Assembly: GCA_965153285.1 (NCBI GenBank)
Contig: OZ229115.1
Length of the DNA stretch: 64,000 bases
DNA from: Podarcis tiliguerta
Taxonomy: Eukaryota
Direction: 5' to 3' (one strand)
How positions within the stretch are numbered: the stretch's first letter is position 1; the number at the start of each line of letters is the position of its first letter. Positions 11,318-23,386 of this stretch are shown piece after piece. The notes under the pieces are model-generated. The model was not told the origin of the DNA. It worked only from the letters and a program-made list of their open reading frames with translations, and ran no database searches. The position numbers were made by a program, and so were the translations under genes.

Positions 11318-12062
11318 TATACAACATTTCTGGACTAATATATAGTGCTCATTTTCAGACATTGGTGTGCACATGCATATCTGATTGAGCATGGCATAAC
11401 ACCCCCATAGTATAATTGTGCGCTTTTAAGAAAAATAGCACTAAGTTTACACCATCTGTGGACTAATAAATAATGATCAGAAACTTGACTATTCCACTGT
11501 ATTATATTAGTTTCCAGACTTCTTTGCAATGGAGGGAAAGCAAGCGCAGTTAAAACATGTTTGAAATAAGTTTATTTTTGTATTGTAAAGATGCCTTATG
11601 CTTATATGCCTTAAGTTTCTTAGCTTTGAAGTGTAATAGTTTATTTTAGGTGTACAAAAGTGCAATATTTACATCAAAATTCCCGAGTATGAAAGCTGTG
11701 CCTCTCATTTCTTTTTTTATCTTGAGAAATGTTACTTTCCTTTCATATTGTTTTTGGAACTGGCATGACTTAGTTAAATGCTTAGGACGCTGATACTTCA
11801 GTTATGTGTTAATCTGAATTCTTATTGCTTTACAAAATCTTACACTTCCAACTGATGTAATTTTAAATTATATACATTGATGATAGTGTTTATAAATCTC
11901 TTTTACAGTTAGTCAGGCCTAAAATTGGGTGTGCAACTCCTTAGAGTGGATGCTAACTATTACAAAATAAAAAAAACTGGGTGGTTCTTTTCTTCCTTTA
12001 TAGCACTTTTTTTGATTATTAATTAAGATGAATGAATTTTAATAGATCTATGTTTAAAACAG

Positions 12063-12264
12063 GTGAATATGATAAAAGATGATGGAACAGTTATTCATTT
12101 CAACAATCCCAAGGTCCAGGCTTCGCTTTCTGCAAATACATTTGCAATTACTGGTCATGCTGAAGCTAAACCAATTACGGAAATGCTGCCTGGCATCTTA
12201 AGCCAGCTGGGTGCTGACAGCTTAACAAGTCTCAGAAAGTTAGCTGAACAGTTCCCAAGGCAAG
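12063..12264 (+). CDS. BTF3L4: BTF3L4 coding exon 3 (NAC domain)
   Basis: [67 protein letters not shown]; 202 nt. Confidence 0.98.
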
Positions 12265-12457
12265 GTAGGTATCCCTGTCTGAGACATGGAGCTGGTTTTT
12301 TCCAGCCTTGTTTGTTAGCATAAAATTCCTGATCAATCGTAAGGGTCAGCTTTTCTTACTCTGAGTAGCTTTTCTTGTGCACGGGAAGTTTCTGCTTTTT
12401 ATTCCACCCTCCCCCCCACACTCCTAACTTCACTAGATCATTTCTAATAGTATAGAA

Positions 12458-12560
12458 CAGGGACATCCAACTCCTAAGAGACTGCAATCTACTCACAGAA
12501 TAAAAAACTGGCAGTGATCTACCCGGGGGGGGGGGGCAGGTGCTCTTGCCACCACAAAGG
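12458..12560. mobile_element. hAT MITE fragment, same family as 31734-31915
   Basis: Shares AGACTGCAATCTACT...AAACTGGCAGTGATCTACCC with the 31734 element. Confidence 0.7.
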
Positions 12561-12641
12561 GAGCCCGAATTGCTGAATTTGTTTTTTAAATGGATAGAAT
12601 TTTGTTAATTACTATATCAATAATTGTATTTTCTTTTCTAG

Positions 12642-12701
12642 TGTTGGATAGCAAAGTACCAAAATCAGAAGATATTGATGAAGAAGATGATGACGTTCCT
12701 G
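12642..12701 (+). CDS. BTF3L4: BTF3L4 coding exon 4
   Basis: (V)LDSKVPKSEDIDEEDDDVP; ttctag|...G|gtaag; 60 nt. Confidence 0.97.
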
Positions 12702-13539
12702 GTAAGATTATTCTACTTAAACTTTAAATTATTTAGCCTGTATCTGCTTGACTGAGCACGTGACAATGTTTTTGTAAATTTGAGAATCTACATGGTGGGT
12801 TAATCACAGATACAAAGGAAAAGTGCTTCATAAGAATTGTATGCTGTACATCCTGGAGCACATAATTGTCACGGGACCAACCCCAGGAAACCACAAGCTT
12901 TTCCAGAAGGATTTGTATCTGCTGCTATGCCTTTGGTTCCTAGAGACTTAGGCACCTCTCAGATGGGGTGAGAAACTTAACTAGTGGATTCTGTGAGGGA
13001 ATAATATTTTAAGAACAAGCAGAAAAAGAGGTTTACTGTAATGAATAGGAGGGCTGTTAATGGTTGTATCTGTGTTGTATAATCTGTCTTTCAAAATCCT
13101 TTTAAATATTGCTTGCTACATAAATTAAACGTTGAGTTGAGTTTGAGTCATTTAGCCCCTCAATTTTTTAGAAGGGTCTCATACAAGACTGCAATAATTT
13201 TCAAATAGGTCTAGATTTCATGAAGCGTAGCCATCATTGGTGAACATTTGAGAAATTAATATAAGGCAAAATACAGGTTGCATGTGTTGATTGCAGCTCA
13301 GAGGTCAATTGTCTATAAGCCATAGTTGTTATCATCCCAATTTGATTAGGGGTTGCAGTCCCATGCATCCTGACATGGGAGTGAGCTCTGTTGTACGCCG
13401 GGGGGGGGGGGGGAGCTTACTTCCTTGTAAGCAAGCATAGGATTGTACTATAGATCATTTTTGTTTAATGCCTACATGTTTGCTGGCATAACAACAGATG
13501 CCAGTCTAGGAGCTGCCATGTTGCCTGAGAGCAGGCATA

Positions 13540-13898
13540 AAAAGTAAAGGTACCCCTGCCCGTACGGGCCAGTCTTGACAGACTCTAGGGTTGTGCGCCC
13601 ATCTCACTCAAAGAGGCCAAGGGCCAGCGCTGTCCGAAGACACTTCCGGGTCACGTGGCCAGCGTGACATCGCTGCTCTGGCGAGCCAGAGCCGCACACG
13701 GAAACGCCGTTTACCTTCCCGCTAGTAAGCGGTCCCTATTTATCTACTTGCACCCGGGAGTGCTTTCGAACTGCTAGGTTGGCAGGCGCTGGGACCGAAC
13801 AGCGGGAGCGCACCCCGCCGCGGGGATTCGAACCGCCGACCTTTCGATCGGCAAGCCCTAGGCACTGAGGCTTTAACCCACAGCGCCACCCGCGTCCC
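13540..13898 (-). mobile_element. Full-length Sauria SINE
   Basis: Minus-strand head GGGACGCGGGTGGCGCTGTGGGTTAAA, B box GGTTCGAATCC (13834-13824), tail ACCTTTACTTTT; 14-bp TSD TGAGAGCAGGCATA at 13526-13539 and 13899-13912. Confidence 0.95.
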
Positions 13899-14169
13899 TG
13901 AGAGCAGGCATAGGGAGAGACTAACAGAATTATTTTTCCAGTGCTGACCAGATGTAATTGTAAGTCACCCCATAGAAATACTAGGGCCTAGTCACCGTTA
14001 AACAAAAGAGAACGTCTTGTAATTGCTTTGAGGTTTTGAGATATAAATGATGTAGGAATAATGTTCATTATACCATAGACTTTTAGCTAAAACATACATT
14101 TTAATAAAAAACATTTCTCTTTTGCTCTCCTATTGAATGTTACTGTATTATACTTTCCATGTTTTTCAG

Positions 14170-14216
14170 ATCTTGTAGAAAACTTCGATGAAGCATCAAA
14201 AAATGAAGCTAATTAA
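14170..14216 (+). CDS. BTF3L4: BTF3L4 last coding exon
   Basis: (D)LVENFDEASKNEAN*; total CDS 54+114+202+60+47 = 477 nt = 158 aa. Confidence 0.98.
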
Positions 14217-14568
14217 TTCAGTAATAGTTCTGGAAGTTGACATGGACTAGATTTAAGAAATCAGCTGTGTGGTTCCAAAGTTTTACAGAAACAGTGAACA
14301 TTACCCGTTTAATAGTTCAATAATATAAAATATTTTGTATTTTAATTATGCTGCTTGTTCAGCAATTCCTGTTGGTTGATTTTTGCATTTTGCACTTACT
14401 CCCAGGATCTACCTTTTCAGTTAAAAAGGAAAAAAACAAATAATACATTTTCAGTGCAGATTAAGGGGTGTGTGCATGTGTGTGTATGTGTGAATGTGGC
14501 TTTGCGTACAGTGGAGAGGAAATCGGTGAACAGATCTATTCAACGTTCCCCTCCCCCTTGAAAGTAGA

Positions 14569-14574
14569 AATAAA
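14569..14574 (+). terminator. Candidate proximal polyadenylation signal of BTF3L4
   Basis: AATAAA ~350 nt after the stop; further candidates near 16051 (AATAAA) and 16966 (ATTAAA). Confidence 0.4.
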
Positions 14575-17500
14575 ATGAGTCTTTAACTTGGTTAAAGGAA
14601 CCTTTATTGTTGCAACCAAACAGTTCACATAAAATAGTGATAACTTAAGTCTTGCTTGTCTACATTTCATGAACTCCAGAAACCATTTACTAATTAACGT
14701 TTGAGTTTAATTTTCTTCATTAACTGTTGTATTTACATTTGTATTTCTCTTCCATATTCACAGTGTATATGTGCAGTTTCCCACCAGCCTCCTTTTGATT
14801 CTAAATTGTACCAAAGACAGGGTATTAATTAACAAACATGTTTGTTGCAACATTTTAAAAATATATATATACTTAAGAGCTTGGTTTTCCCCATCCCTTT
14901 TAAAACCCTTCGCTCATTCACCTTAATATTTAACTTGGGTTGCATTCACATGTTATGGAGTAATCTACTTTGCCTTGGATAAACAGTCTATCCTGTGAAG
15001 TCCTGCGTGTTTATACCGAGCAAGTGTCAACCCTGCTCTTCGGCATAATTTTTGTAAAAATCTGTAAGAAGCCTGATTATATTCTTGCTCTGGGTTTCTG
15101 GGAGAAGATAAGAATGTCCTAGACTTTGATAAAGGTTGGAGGCTACAGTCTACTCAAGTGCTGAATCAGATGCCTTGATAGCTTCTCTTTGGTACAATTA
15201 GCTGTTTTTTCAAACACACCTCTCTTCAAAGCACTGAATGCTGTTTGACCCTTTTCATCTCAGATAAGCAGTGCCTCTGGGCATATTTTCCAGTGGTGTT
15301 GCTTACTTTTAGAGGAGTCTGTCTCATATCCTGTGTTTTTCAGTGGGAGATAGTGCATCATGGTGCACTGTAAAATAATTTTATTGGAAGAGCTAAAACT
15401 GTTGCGGATGTTACCAGACAGCTCCCAAGAGCATGTGAGCCACTGTCATATTTCAGGACACTAGAATCTGGAAGTGTAGTTTGGATTATACAGATCGGAC
15501 AAGGAAAGTGCCATTGCTTGTATTGTGTTGTGTTTTGCATAAATTGTCCAGCAACAGGCTTAAAACATTAATTTTGAGGTTTGGAACCTGTTATCTGCAA
15601 CCTACTTTGGGTGGATTCAATGGTTACAGTCACTTTTGAAAACAAAAGCGCTCCTCTGGTGGCGCAGAGGATAGTGGCTATATCACAGGTACAGTGCAGT
15701 ATTTTCTGAACCTTCCTTCAAACTGCTCAATGTGAAGCTCTTCCTAGCGGTTCTTCAAAGGTGATTGGTGTAATGCAGTTGAGCATCATTTTAACCTTTG
15801 TCAAGGGCAGCTGCGGCGCGGGAAAGCCATCTTTCTTACCTTTCTTTGGTGTACTTTTGAGACATATCTGCTTTCTGTGTATATACACCCAGCGACTATA
15901 AAGTTTGAGGCTATCAGTATGTCAGCATTCTAGTGACATCAAGCTGAACCACGAAAGCAGAGCTTTTAGTGGTTTGTCACCTGGACTGCTCACTTGATTT
16001 TATAGATTTGTTTGGTTTTCTTGTTCTATTTTATATAAAACGTGGATCTTAATAAAATAATTCAAAAGAGGCAATGTTCCCTCTTGTGTGTTATCTCCTC
16101 CTAACAACAACACTGATAGAGGGACAAAACGTGGATACAGGTGATGCTTTAACCAGCAGTACACTTGCCATGCTATATTTTTGAATATTTCTTTCTGCAC
16201 ATGTGCAAATAATAGGCATAGTTCCTTTAAGCATATTTGCTGTCCCATGAGACAGCAAATGAACATGTAGAAATGTTTTTGCAGAGAGTTTTTAACTGAT
16301 CAGTATGGCTGAAGCTCACATAATTTCACAGTTATTCTGTCCTTATAACTAACATTTTTAGCTCAGCTGTTAATAATTTACTTAATGAAGATCGGAAACA
16401 TAAATTAAATTTCTTGTCCAGAATTAGGAAATACTTCAGAACAGTAAAGGGCAGGCATTTGGAATAAGTTTCAATTCCTTTTACCATCAAAGCGCACACC
16501 CACAAATCTCCAGCTTTAAACTTTCCTTTTGCCAATTTATTTGTAATCCTTATTCGTGTTTGGAAATCAGCAATTATCTTGCATAGTGATTACTTTCTAC
16601 TGTATGCCAAGAACTGTTGACCACTTGTTTTTTTTGCTGACGTTCTATAGCTTATTGAAAACCATTAAACTGATCATAACTGAAGACGTGAACTATTAAG
16701 ACTGTTCTGATACCACCTAGTCTCCTTTTGGCACTTGAGACTAACAGCCTACTGGAGCTGACCATCAAGGCAAACCTTCCATTTCCAGTGCTATGAGATG
16801 CATTGATTAGACACAGCAACACAGTTGTAGAGGGTTTGTTTGCTTTTTTGTTCATGTCAAATATTTGAGTAAATAATAGAATTTGTAACCCCCATAAAGT
16901 TTTCATTAATTTAGCAATGTACTGGCACCTATGATACTATGTAGTGTCTTGAAGGTTAAACAATTATTAAAGCAATTCATTGAAATATAAAATATGTGTT
17001 GCTGGCACCCTGATCTTAGACTTCTAAATGTTGAAGTAAGTCCTATTGATGTGAATGGAGCTTACTTCTGAGTGTGTTTTATTTGAATCAATAGTCTAAT
17101 AAGCGGAATCAGTTTAAATAGGTTTTCCTATGACTCTTAGAACCAGGGGGCAGGATGCTGCCATAGGATGCTAAGAACCTCTATGAGTATAGGGCTCCCT
17201 GGAGTGGCAGTGTCCTGAGGCCAGTTCAACCAGAAATGGGGAGTTTGGGGGAGGCCTCGGATCTTCCAGTTCCAAACCCTCCTTGTTCCCCTTGCACTGA
17301 GTGTACTTCTTTTCCTTACCATTAATGAAAATAGGAAAGAGGTTGACGGGAAAGGGAAACCTTGTAGGTCTACACCTGCCACATTCTCGCCTGGTCACAG
17401 CAAGCAGGCAGGGCTATGGTTGTAGCAGATATTCCACCACAGATCTCCTCCTCATGGGAACATAGGATTGCTCCGTTTGTTAGCATAGTTTAACCTCAGT

Positions 17501-17944
17501 GCAGAGAGCCATAATATATTTTAAGCCCTCTGCAGAAGCACTTTTGTAGTCCCACTTATACTTGAAACAAAGTTTTAGATCATAGTACAGTCGACTCTCA
17601 GCTTACGCAGGGGTTACCCCAATATAAAGCCACAATTTCCTCTACAGTAGTCAAAACACACTCCTTACAGCTCCAAACATGCTCAAGGCCACTGAACGAA
17701 CTCCCTGCATCTCCCAGTGCTGTTCCAAGGTGAGTGCAATGGTGGGTGGGACTGCCAATGCTCCCCCCTCCTGATACCCCCTTCTTATTTTTATGTGGTC
17801 AAATACATAAAGCTGAATTTGCACAAGTTAAATGCTTGTGAGTTGCAAGGCAACTAGTTAACTAGCCTGTTGGCAACTTGTTTCCCAGCATCTCAGTAGA
17901 ATCAATATGTTATTTCTAAAAGAATACATTATTTAGAACACGAA

Positions 17945-18130
17945 ATTATATTGCAGTCAGGCCATTGGTCCATCTACGTCAGTATTGATGAAACTGATTT
18001 GGTGGGGGGGGGGGGGCTTCCAATGTTTCAGACAGGATTCTTTCCCAACCCTAACTGAAGGTGCCAGGAATTGAACCTGGGATGTTTTGTATGCAAGGGG
18101 TGGGCTGTTTCACTGAGATACCTAGCCCGT
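17945..18130 (-). mobile_element. tRNA-derived squamate SINE, degraded (related copies ~26770-26890 and ~48385-48570)
   Basis: GTCAGGCCATTGGTCCATCTA...GGAATTGAACCTGGGA (reverse B box)...CACTGAGATA; motifs shared among the three copies. Confidence 0.65.
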
Positions 18131-18689
18131 CTCTGTAACCTGTGGAAACTCAAAAGAGCCAGAGCGCACATCTGGATGCTAAACATCTTACTGCTGAAAT
18201 CTAGTTGCTGTGCATTTTTCATGAAATGTGGTTTTAGGACAATATGGTCTGAAGAATTCTGATTATGCCCTGTGTTTATGGTATCACATTCTGCTAGCAT
18301 AACACTGTTATCTGTGCTGTAGTGACTGCAGAAGAACTTATTTTCCCTTCCTGTCAGCAGATTAACTTTATTTTGCCCTTGTCCTTTTGTTTTATCTTGT
18401 CTTCCTGTTCCTTCACAGATATTAATTTGAGGGAAAGTGGGTTTAGGGATAGAAAGACAATATAACCACTACACATTTTGAAAAGGGAGCAGAAGGAAAG
18501 AATAATCATGTTTGTTGCACATAAGAGCTGATACAGGTTACCGGTATATATTGTACGGTTGTTAAGATCCTTGGATAGCTGTACATGTGCAAATAAGACA
18601 CAAAGCTACTACAAATAAAAGTGCAAAATTAAAATTACTAATTGTGTGTGTGTTCTTGCAGATTTTTTTTCTGATTGTAGGAGAAGCAA

Positions 18690-19135
18690 CAGGAAATTAT
18701 AGGGACAGAACCACTTAAACCGTATAGAAACTATTCATGTATGCTACTACAGCAGCAAGAATATTACCCCAAAATGGAAAAAAGTAGAAGCAAAGGAAGA
18801 ATGGATACAAAAACTTATTGAATATGTAGAAATGGCAAAATTTACCAGAAGAATAAGAACTCGATATAACACACTTTTTATAAAAGAATGGAAATGGAGT
18901 ATTGAATATTTACAGATAAATTGTAAACATATAAGAACATTGGCAGGATTATAGTAATAACCTGCAGTTTCATCAGAGTATATATTTAAAGTAGATGAAT
19001 AAATTAACATGTTAATTAGGATATGCAGAAGACATTAAAAATAAATTTAAGGAACCGCAGAAAAGAGGGAAGGAAGTCAAGTTTTGAAATGTTAAAATTA
19101 TTAAATTAGTGAAATGTATAAACCTGAAAATCATA
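18690..19135 (+). mobile_element. L1/Tx1-type LINE 3' fragment
   Basis: Degenerate LFMYATTAARIL...KEEWIQKLIEYVEMAKFTRRIR...FIKEWKWSIEYLQ, typical L1 ORF2 C-terminus, followed by an A-rich 3' UTR. Confidence 0.8.
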
Positions 19136-19799
19136 GGGGTTTTTTTGTTAAAAGAGGCAATGGGAAGCATGGTGTAGATACACACACCACCAGTGCCTGT
19201 ACAGACTTGCAAGTATTTTCCAAGCTACATACCAGAAAAAGAAGGGGTAAAATAACGCTGATCCTGAATGGACACTTGGTGGTTGGTGACATAAATTAGC
19301 CATCTGGAAAACATCCATGGAGAAAACATAGCTTCCTAATTTACCACTGAAATATATTTTCATTTAAAATGATGACAGTATATTCTGGATAAGCATTATG
19401 TGTTGTGCATTATATTTGTATAATGTGGTAACATCTGAGGCAGATATGGTTGATTTTGGACTGCTTGGAGCACAATATGACAGCTGAGATCAGCTCAGCA
19501 ATTTTCTTTACTGTTAAGCCTTCTGTAGGGTTACATTAGTTCAATACATTATCCAAACACCCAGGAATTTCTGCAGTAATATTAATGAATTACCTAGCCA
19601 CCAGATTAAAGATTCTCAACATAAGAAGCACCTCTTGCAGCAAGTACAGCATCATTCCCTTAGCAGAACTGCACTGGAGGCTGTGTTTGTTGACCTTGAA
19701 TCATCAGTGCCACAAGTTCATGCAGCAACAGCCTTTTTCCTGGCTTCACACTTCCCCAGGGTTCTTGCACTGCATCTTTTGGATCCATACGATGTGGCT

Positions 19800-20045
19800 T
19801 GGTTGGCTGGCATCTGTCTTGGGAACCTGGGGGAGTGTGCCTTTGTGGATGAGGTCAAGCTGTTGGAAGGTTGCAGCACCTGCCATGGCTGTAGAGACCA
19901 ATGTGGGAAAGACATGTTTTGTTGCAGCTGGGGCAGATGAAGGTGTCCGGTTGTGCTGCTGCACATGCACCATGGTGTTTCTTCTCTCTGCACTCCTCCC
20001 AGCGGTCATTTCTCCTCTGGTCACTGCTATGGATGCATGACTGCT
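19800..20045 (-). mobile_element. RTE-clade LINE 3' fragment
   Basis: Minus frame SCIHSSDQRRNDRWEECREKKHHGACAAAQPDTFICPSCNKTCLSHIGLYSHGRCC: C-terminal C2H2-like finger of RTE ORFs, then a short 3' UTR. Confidence 0.85.
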
Positions 20046-22989
20046 TTGATCTGTTTCCTCTGGTGTTGAGATGTTCACCAAAAGCAAAGAGAGTTCACTT
20101 TGTTGGTAAGCTTCCATCATACTGCTTCTGCTTTGGGCCTTGAGGCATAAGTGTTTCAATGTTGTAATCTGCCCCCTGGGACCAGAGGAGAAGTGGCAGT
20201 GGCAAAAGTCCCAGCTTGATAACAAGCTATAGATTGTTGTGCATGTAAGCCTCCGGGGATGGTTTTTGTAAAGGAAAAAAGCAAATAACAGGCAAAAACC
20301 TTCATAGTTCCCTCCTCTCTTTAAATTAAGGGTTAAATCGGATGTATGAAGGTTGCAACACAACATAGTGAGACTTGCTTCCATCTGGAGTACCATTTGG
20401 AAGCTGACGAAATCAGAATCTCAAACAATTGTCTTAATAAAACTGAGCAAACAAAATCCTAATGCTAAAAATAAGCAAAAGATCAATGTGTATTTTTTTC
20501 TGTATTCAGATTTTTTTTACCCCTCATTATAGTAATTCTAAAAACAGCCACCTTTCAGGGATATATTCCCAAGGGAGAAAGCTAATCACCATGTTTCATT
20601 GTATGTTCCCTGCCATGTTTGTATATTTACCATGGTGCAATCAAAGAACTGTGTTTCACAGTCACATCACACACAAAACCAGCCAACAAGCTGATGCAGT
20701 AATAGCAGATACTTATAAACTTGTTTCCTTGAACGTAGCCTTTGACAGATGCCACCTACATTTTGTTTTCAAATTTCATTCAGAATTGCCCAATACAAGC
20801 TTTACAACAGTCACAGAGTTTCAGTGGGCATGATTTAGCTGCTGTATCTGTAGATGCCGGAAACAGCTGTTCACTATATTATGTAGGGAATTCTATACTG
20901 TACTGTATGTTTCCTAGATTCTATTGAGAAGCAAACTAAGGTTCACATAACATCCCAGTTCTAAATACAGTTATTTGGAAGCAAGTCACAATATGGTCAT
21001 ACTGTTATTAAGACAACTGAAATGCCACAAAGTGATGAGTAAGCTTTTGAATTTGCAAAATTTATTCAGGCTGAAGGATATTGGCCCCCTGCAATCCATC
21101 TTAACAATGTTACAAACTATAGGTTTTCAGGTTTTTACATCATGCCCCACTTTCCTTCCTCCTCTTACATACCTAGCTGCTTCTTCCACCCCACTTCTTT
21201 GTCTCTTTGCACTATGTTTTCCCCAACCCCTCACATTCAAAGTTGTCAGATAACTATTTTTCACTCCTCAACATGACCTAATGCAGGGGTGAGGAGTCTC
21301 TTGTGGATTTCAGTGGGACATATGTCTTAGGAATAGGACTTTCAAGGCTGAAATCCTAAACAAATTTGCTAGTTTGGGGACTGTTTATTGGACTGGGAGA
21401 GCTTGTTGTCAAACTTTGGCATGGTGGTGGTGGACATGCCAGTGGTGGGTAGGGCCAGAAGCAAACATGGGCAGAGCAACAAATATGAAGTAGCTTTGTA
21501 CAGTAAGCTAGTTCTTCTGTCTTCCATCCAGGCAAGCAAGATGCATTATTGGAGTTCAAAAACACATTCTAGTCAAGCAAAAGCATTAAGCTGTCATGGA
21601 AAGAGTTGGTGGTGGCCTGAGGAAAGGGCATGTGTCTGGGAAAGGGGTGTGGCATGGGGAGAGCCCCAGAGGGCAGACAGGCTTGGAGGGTTCCCCACCC
21701 TGTTCTAAAGACTGCTGCAATACTTGTCCATGCTCAAGGAACTACCTCCTTACTCAATTTCCTCCCTGGCACTTCCTATAATTACAGGATACTTCAGAAA
21801 TAAACTTTTCCTCTTGCTGCTATGATTGTACCACTCCTCTATTGAATTCCATTATATGTCTTCCTGTAATTATCTAAAATGAACCTTAACATGCCATTCC
21901 ACTCAAAATTACTCAACACTGATGACATATCCTTGAAGATCCTTTATCTGTCTTGGGTGAAAACCAGTGTGAGGTTGCCATGCAATACATTTCTGTGTTT
22001 GGACCTAGCTAAAAGGGCTGATACGTTCAAACATTTACACACACACAGTATCATTTGATGACTGCAACATTGTGTGATGTGTATGCAATTGCACCATCTC
22101 AGAGTCGGATCGCCCACCGTGTCACATATCGTTGCAATACTTTTAAACAGAGTCAGTTTATTGTGAGCATCACAAGTGTGCTCAAATCAAATACAATACA
22201 AGGATATTTTATTGTACCACAAAATACTGCCTTGCAATACATTGCAGACAACCAACCCGATCCACAAGGATAGTATGTAATAATTTGATATGCATTATTT
22301 ATTTACAACATTTATACAGCGCTTTTCATAATGACTTCAAGGCAGTTTACCAAAATGTCAGCATATAAGCTAAACTTAAGTCATACGCAGCATGACTCAC
22401 CTTTACAGCTCATCCATTAATTGCTTAGAATTTGCAGACAAATCTTATCTGTGTCCACTCCAGACAAGCTTACTTTAAGAATTAGATAGCAGACATCGAA
22501 TTGAAACTTTGCAGGATAACCTGATTATTTTGACCAGATATGCACCAAAAGGGGCCAAGGGATGATAAAGCACACACTGGCCGATCTCTTAGGAACAAAG
22601 GGACGCAACGCAAAAATAAAAAAGGGGTTTGGGAAAAGCAAAGGGGTGCTTGCATGAGAGTTTGATCTGCATCAAGCAACAGGGATCCTGCATGAACTAA
22701 CGTGCAGCACATTCTTCCGAACGTGAGCACACAGCTGCGCGCGCGCGCAGGTTACACGCGCAGTGATTTCCAGCTGCGTCCTTGCTTGCGGCGGGAGGTT
22801 GACGCCTCCCCCTCCGTTTCTTTGCAATGCTTGAGTCCTCCCCTCTTAGGCGGCTGGCAAGCCAGTTGTTTGTCCTCCTCGCGCGCCGAGAGGGGTTTCC
22901 CCACAGCATCCAAATTGCCCTCTGGCGACTCCGCCTCCCAGAGGCTCGCGCGGCTGCTTGCTCCCTAAGCGGACCGGTGCCTACCTAGC

Positions 22990-23386
22990 AAGCCTCGCCT
23001 GGGCTTCCGCTTGGAAACGGAGAAATAAACGAGGAGCGGCAGCGGCGGCTCCCTCCCCGCGGCGCCGCTCTACCACGCAGCCGCGCCTGAGGAGGCCGGC
23101 CAGGCTTCCCCGCTTGTGCCGCAGTGCCGTGCGCTGCCTCTGAGGCCAGCCAGGGGGCGCTGGTTGCCGGCAGCTGAGGCGGCCTCGGAGCGGGCGAGGG
23201 AGCCCAGCCAGCCAGGAGAGGAGGCAGCCCTCGCCGTCGGGAACAGGCGGGCAAGCGGGAGGCCGGGCAGGCGCAGCGCTGGCCTTCCTTGAGCTCGGGA
23301 AGAGGCCTGCCCGGGAGCCGAGCGAGGGGAGCCTCTCCGACATGCAGGCCCGGCGGCGCTCGCTGCTGCTGCCGCCGCCTCCCGAG
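22990..23386 (+). other. ZFYVE9: ZFYVE9 leader exon 1 (5' end approximate)
   Basis: Within the CpG island; consensus donor CCCGAG|gtgagt at 23386/23387. Confidence 0.75.
23342..23386 (+). CDS. Candidate uORF/microprotein in ZFYVE9 leader, part 1 (MQARRRSLLLPPPPE)
   Basis: First ATG after position 22830, context gacATGc (purine at -3); exactly 15 codons to the exon 1 donor. Confidence 0.6.

Noticed and set aside
15648-15666. CTCF-like site in the BTF3L4 3' region
   Set aside because: Reverse strand CCACCAGAGGAGCGC mismatches the GGC core; too weak without binding data.
19746-20396. 216-aa minus-strand ORF and overlapping ORFs between BTF3L4 and ZFYVE9
   Set aside because: The 3' half is an alternative frame of an RTE LINE fragment; no recognisable protein, splice structure or promoter.
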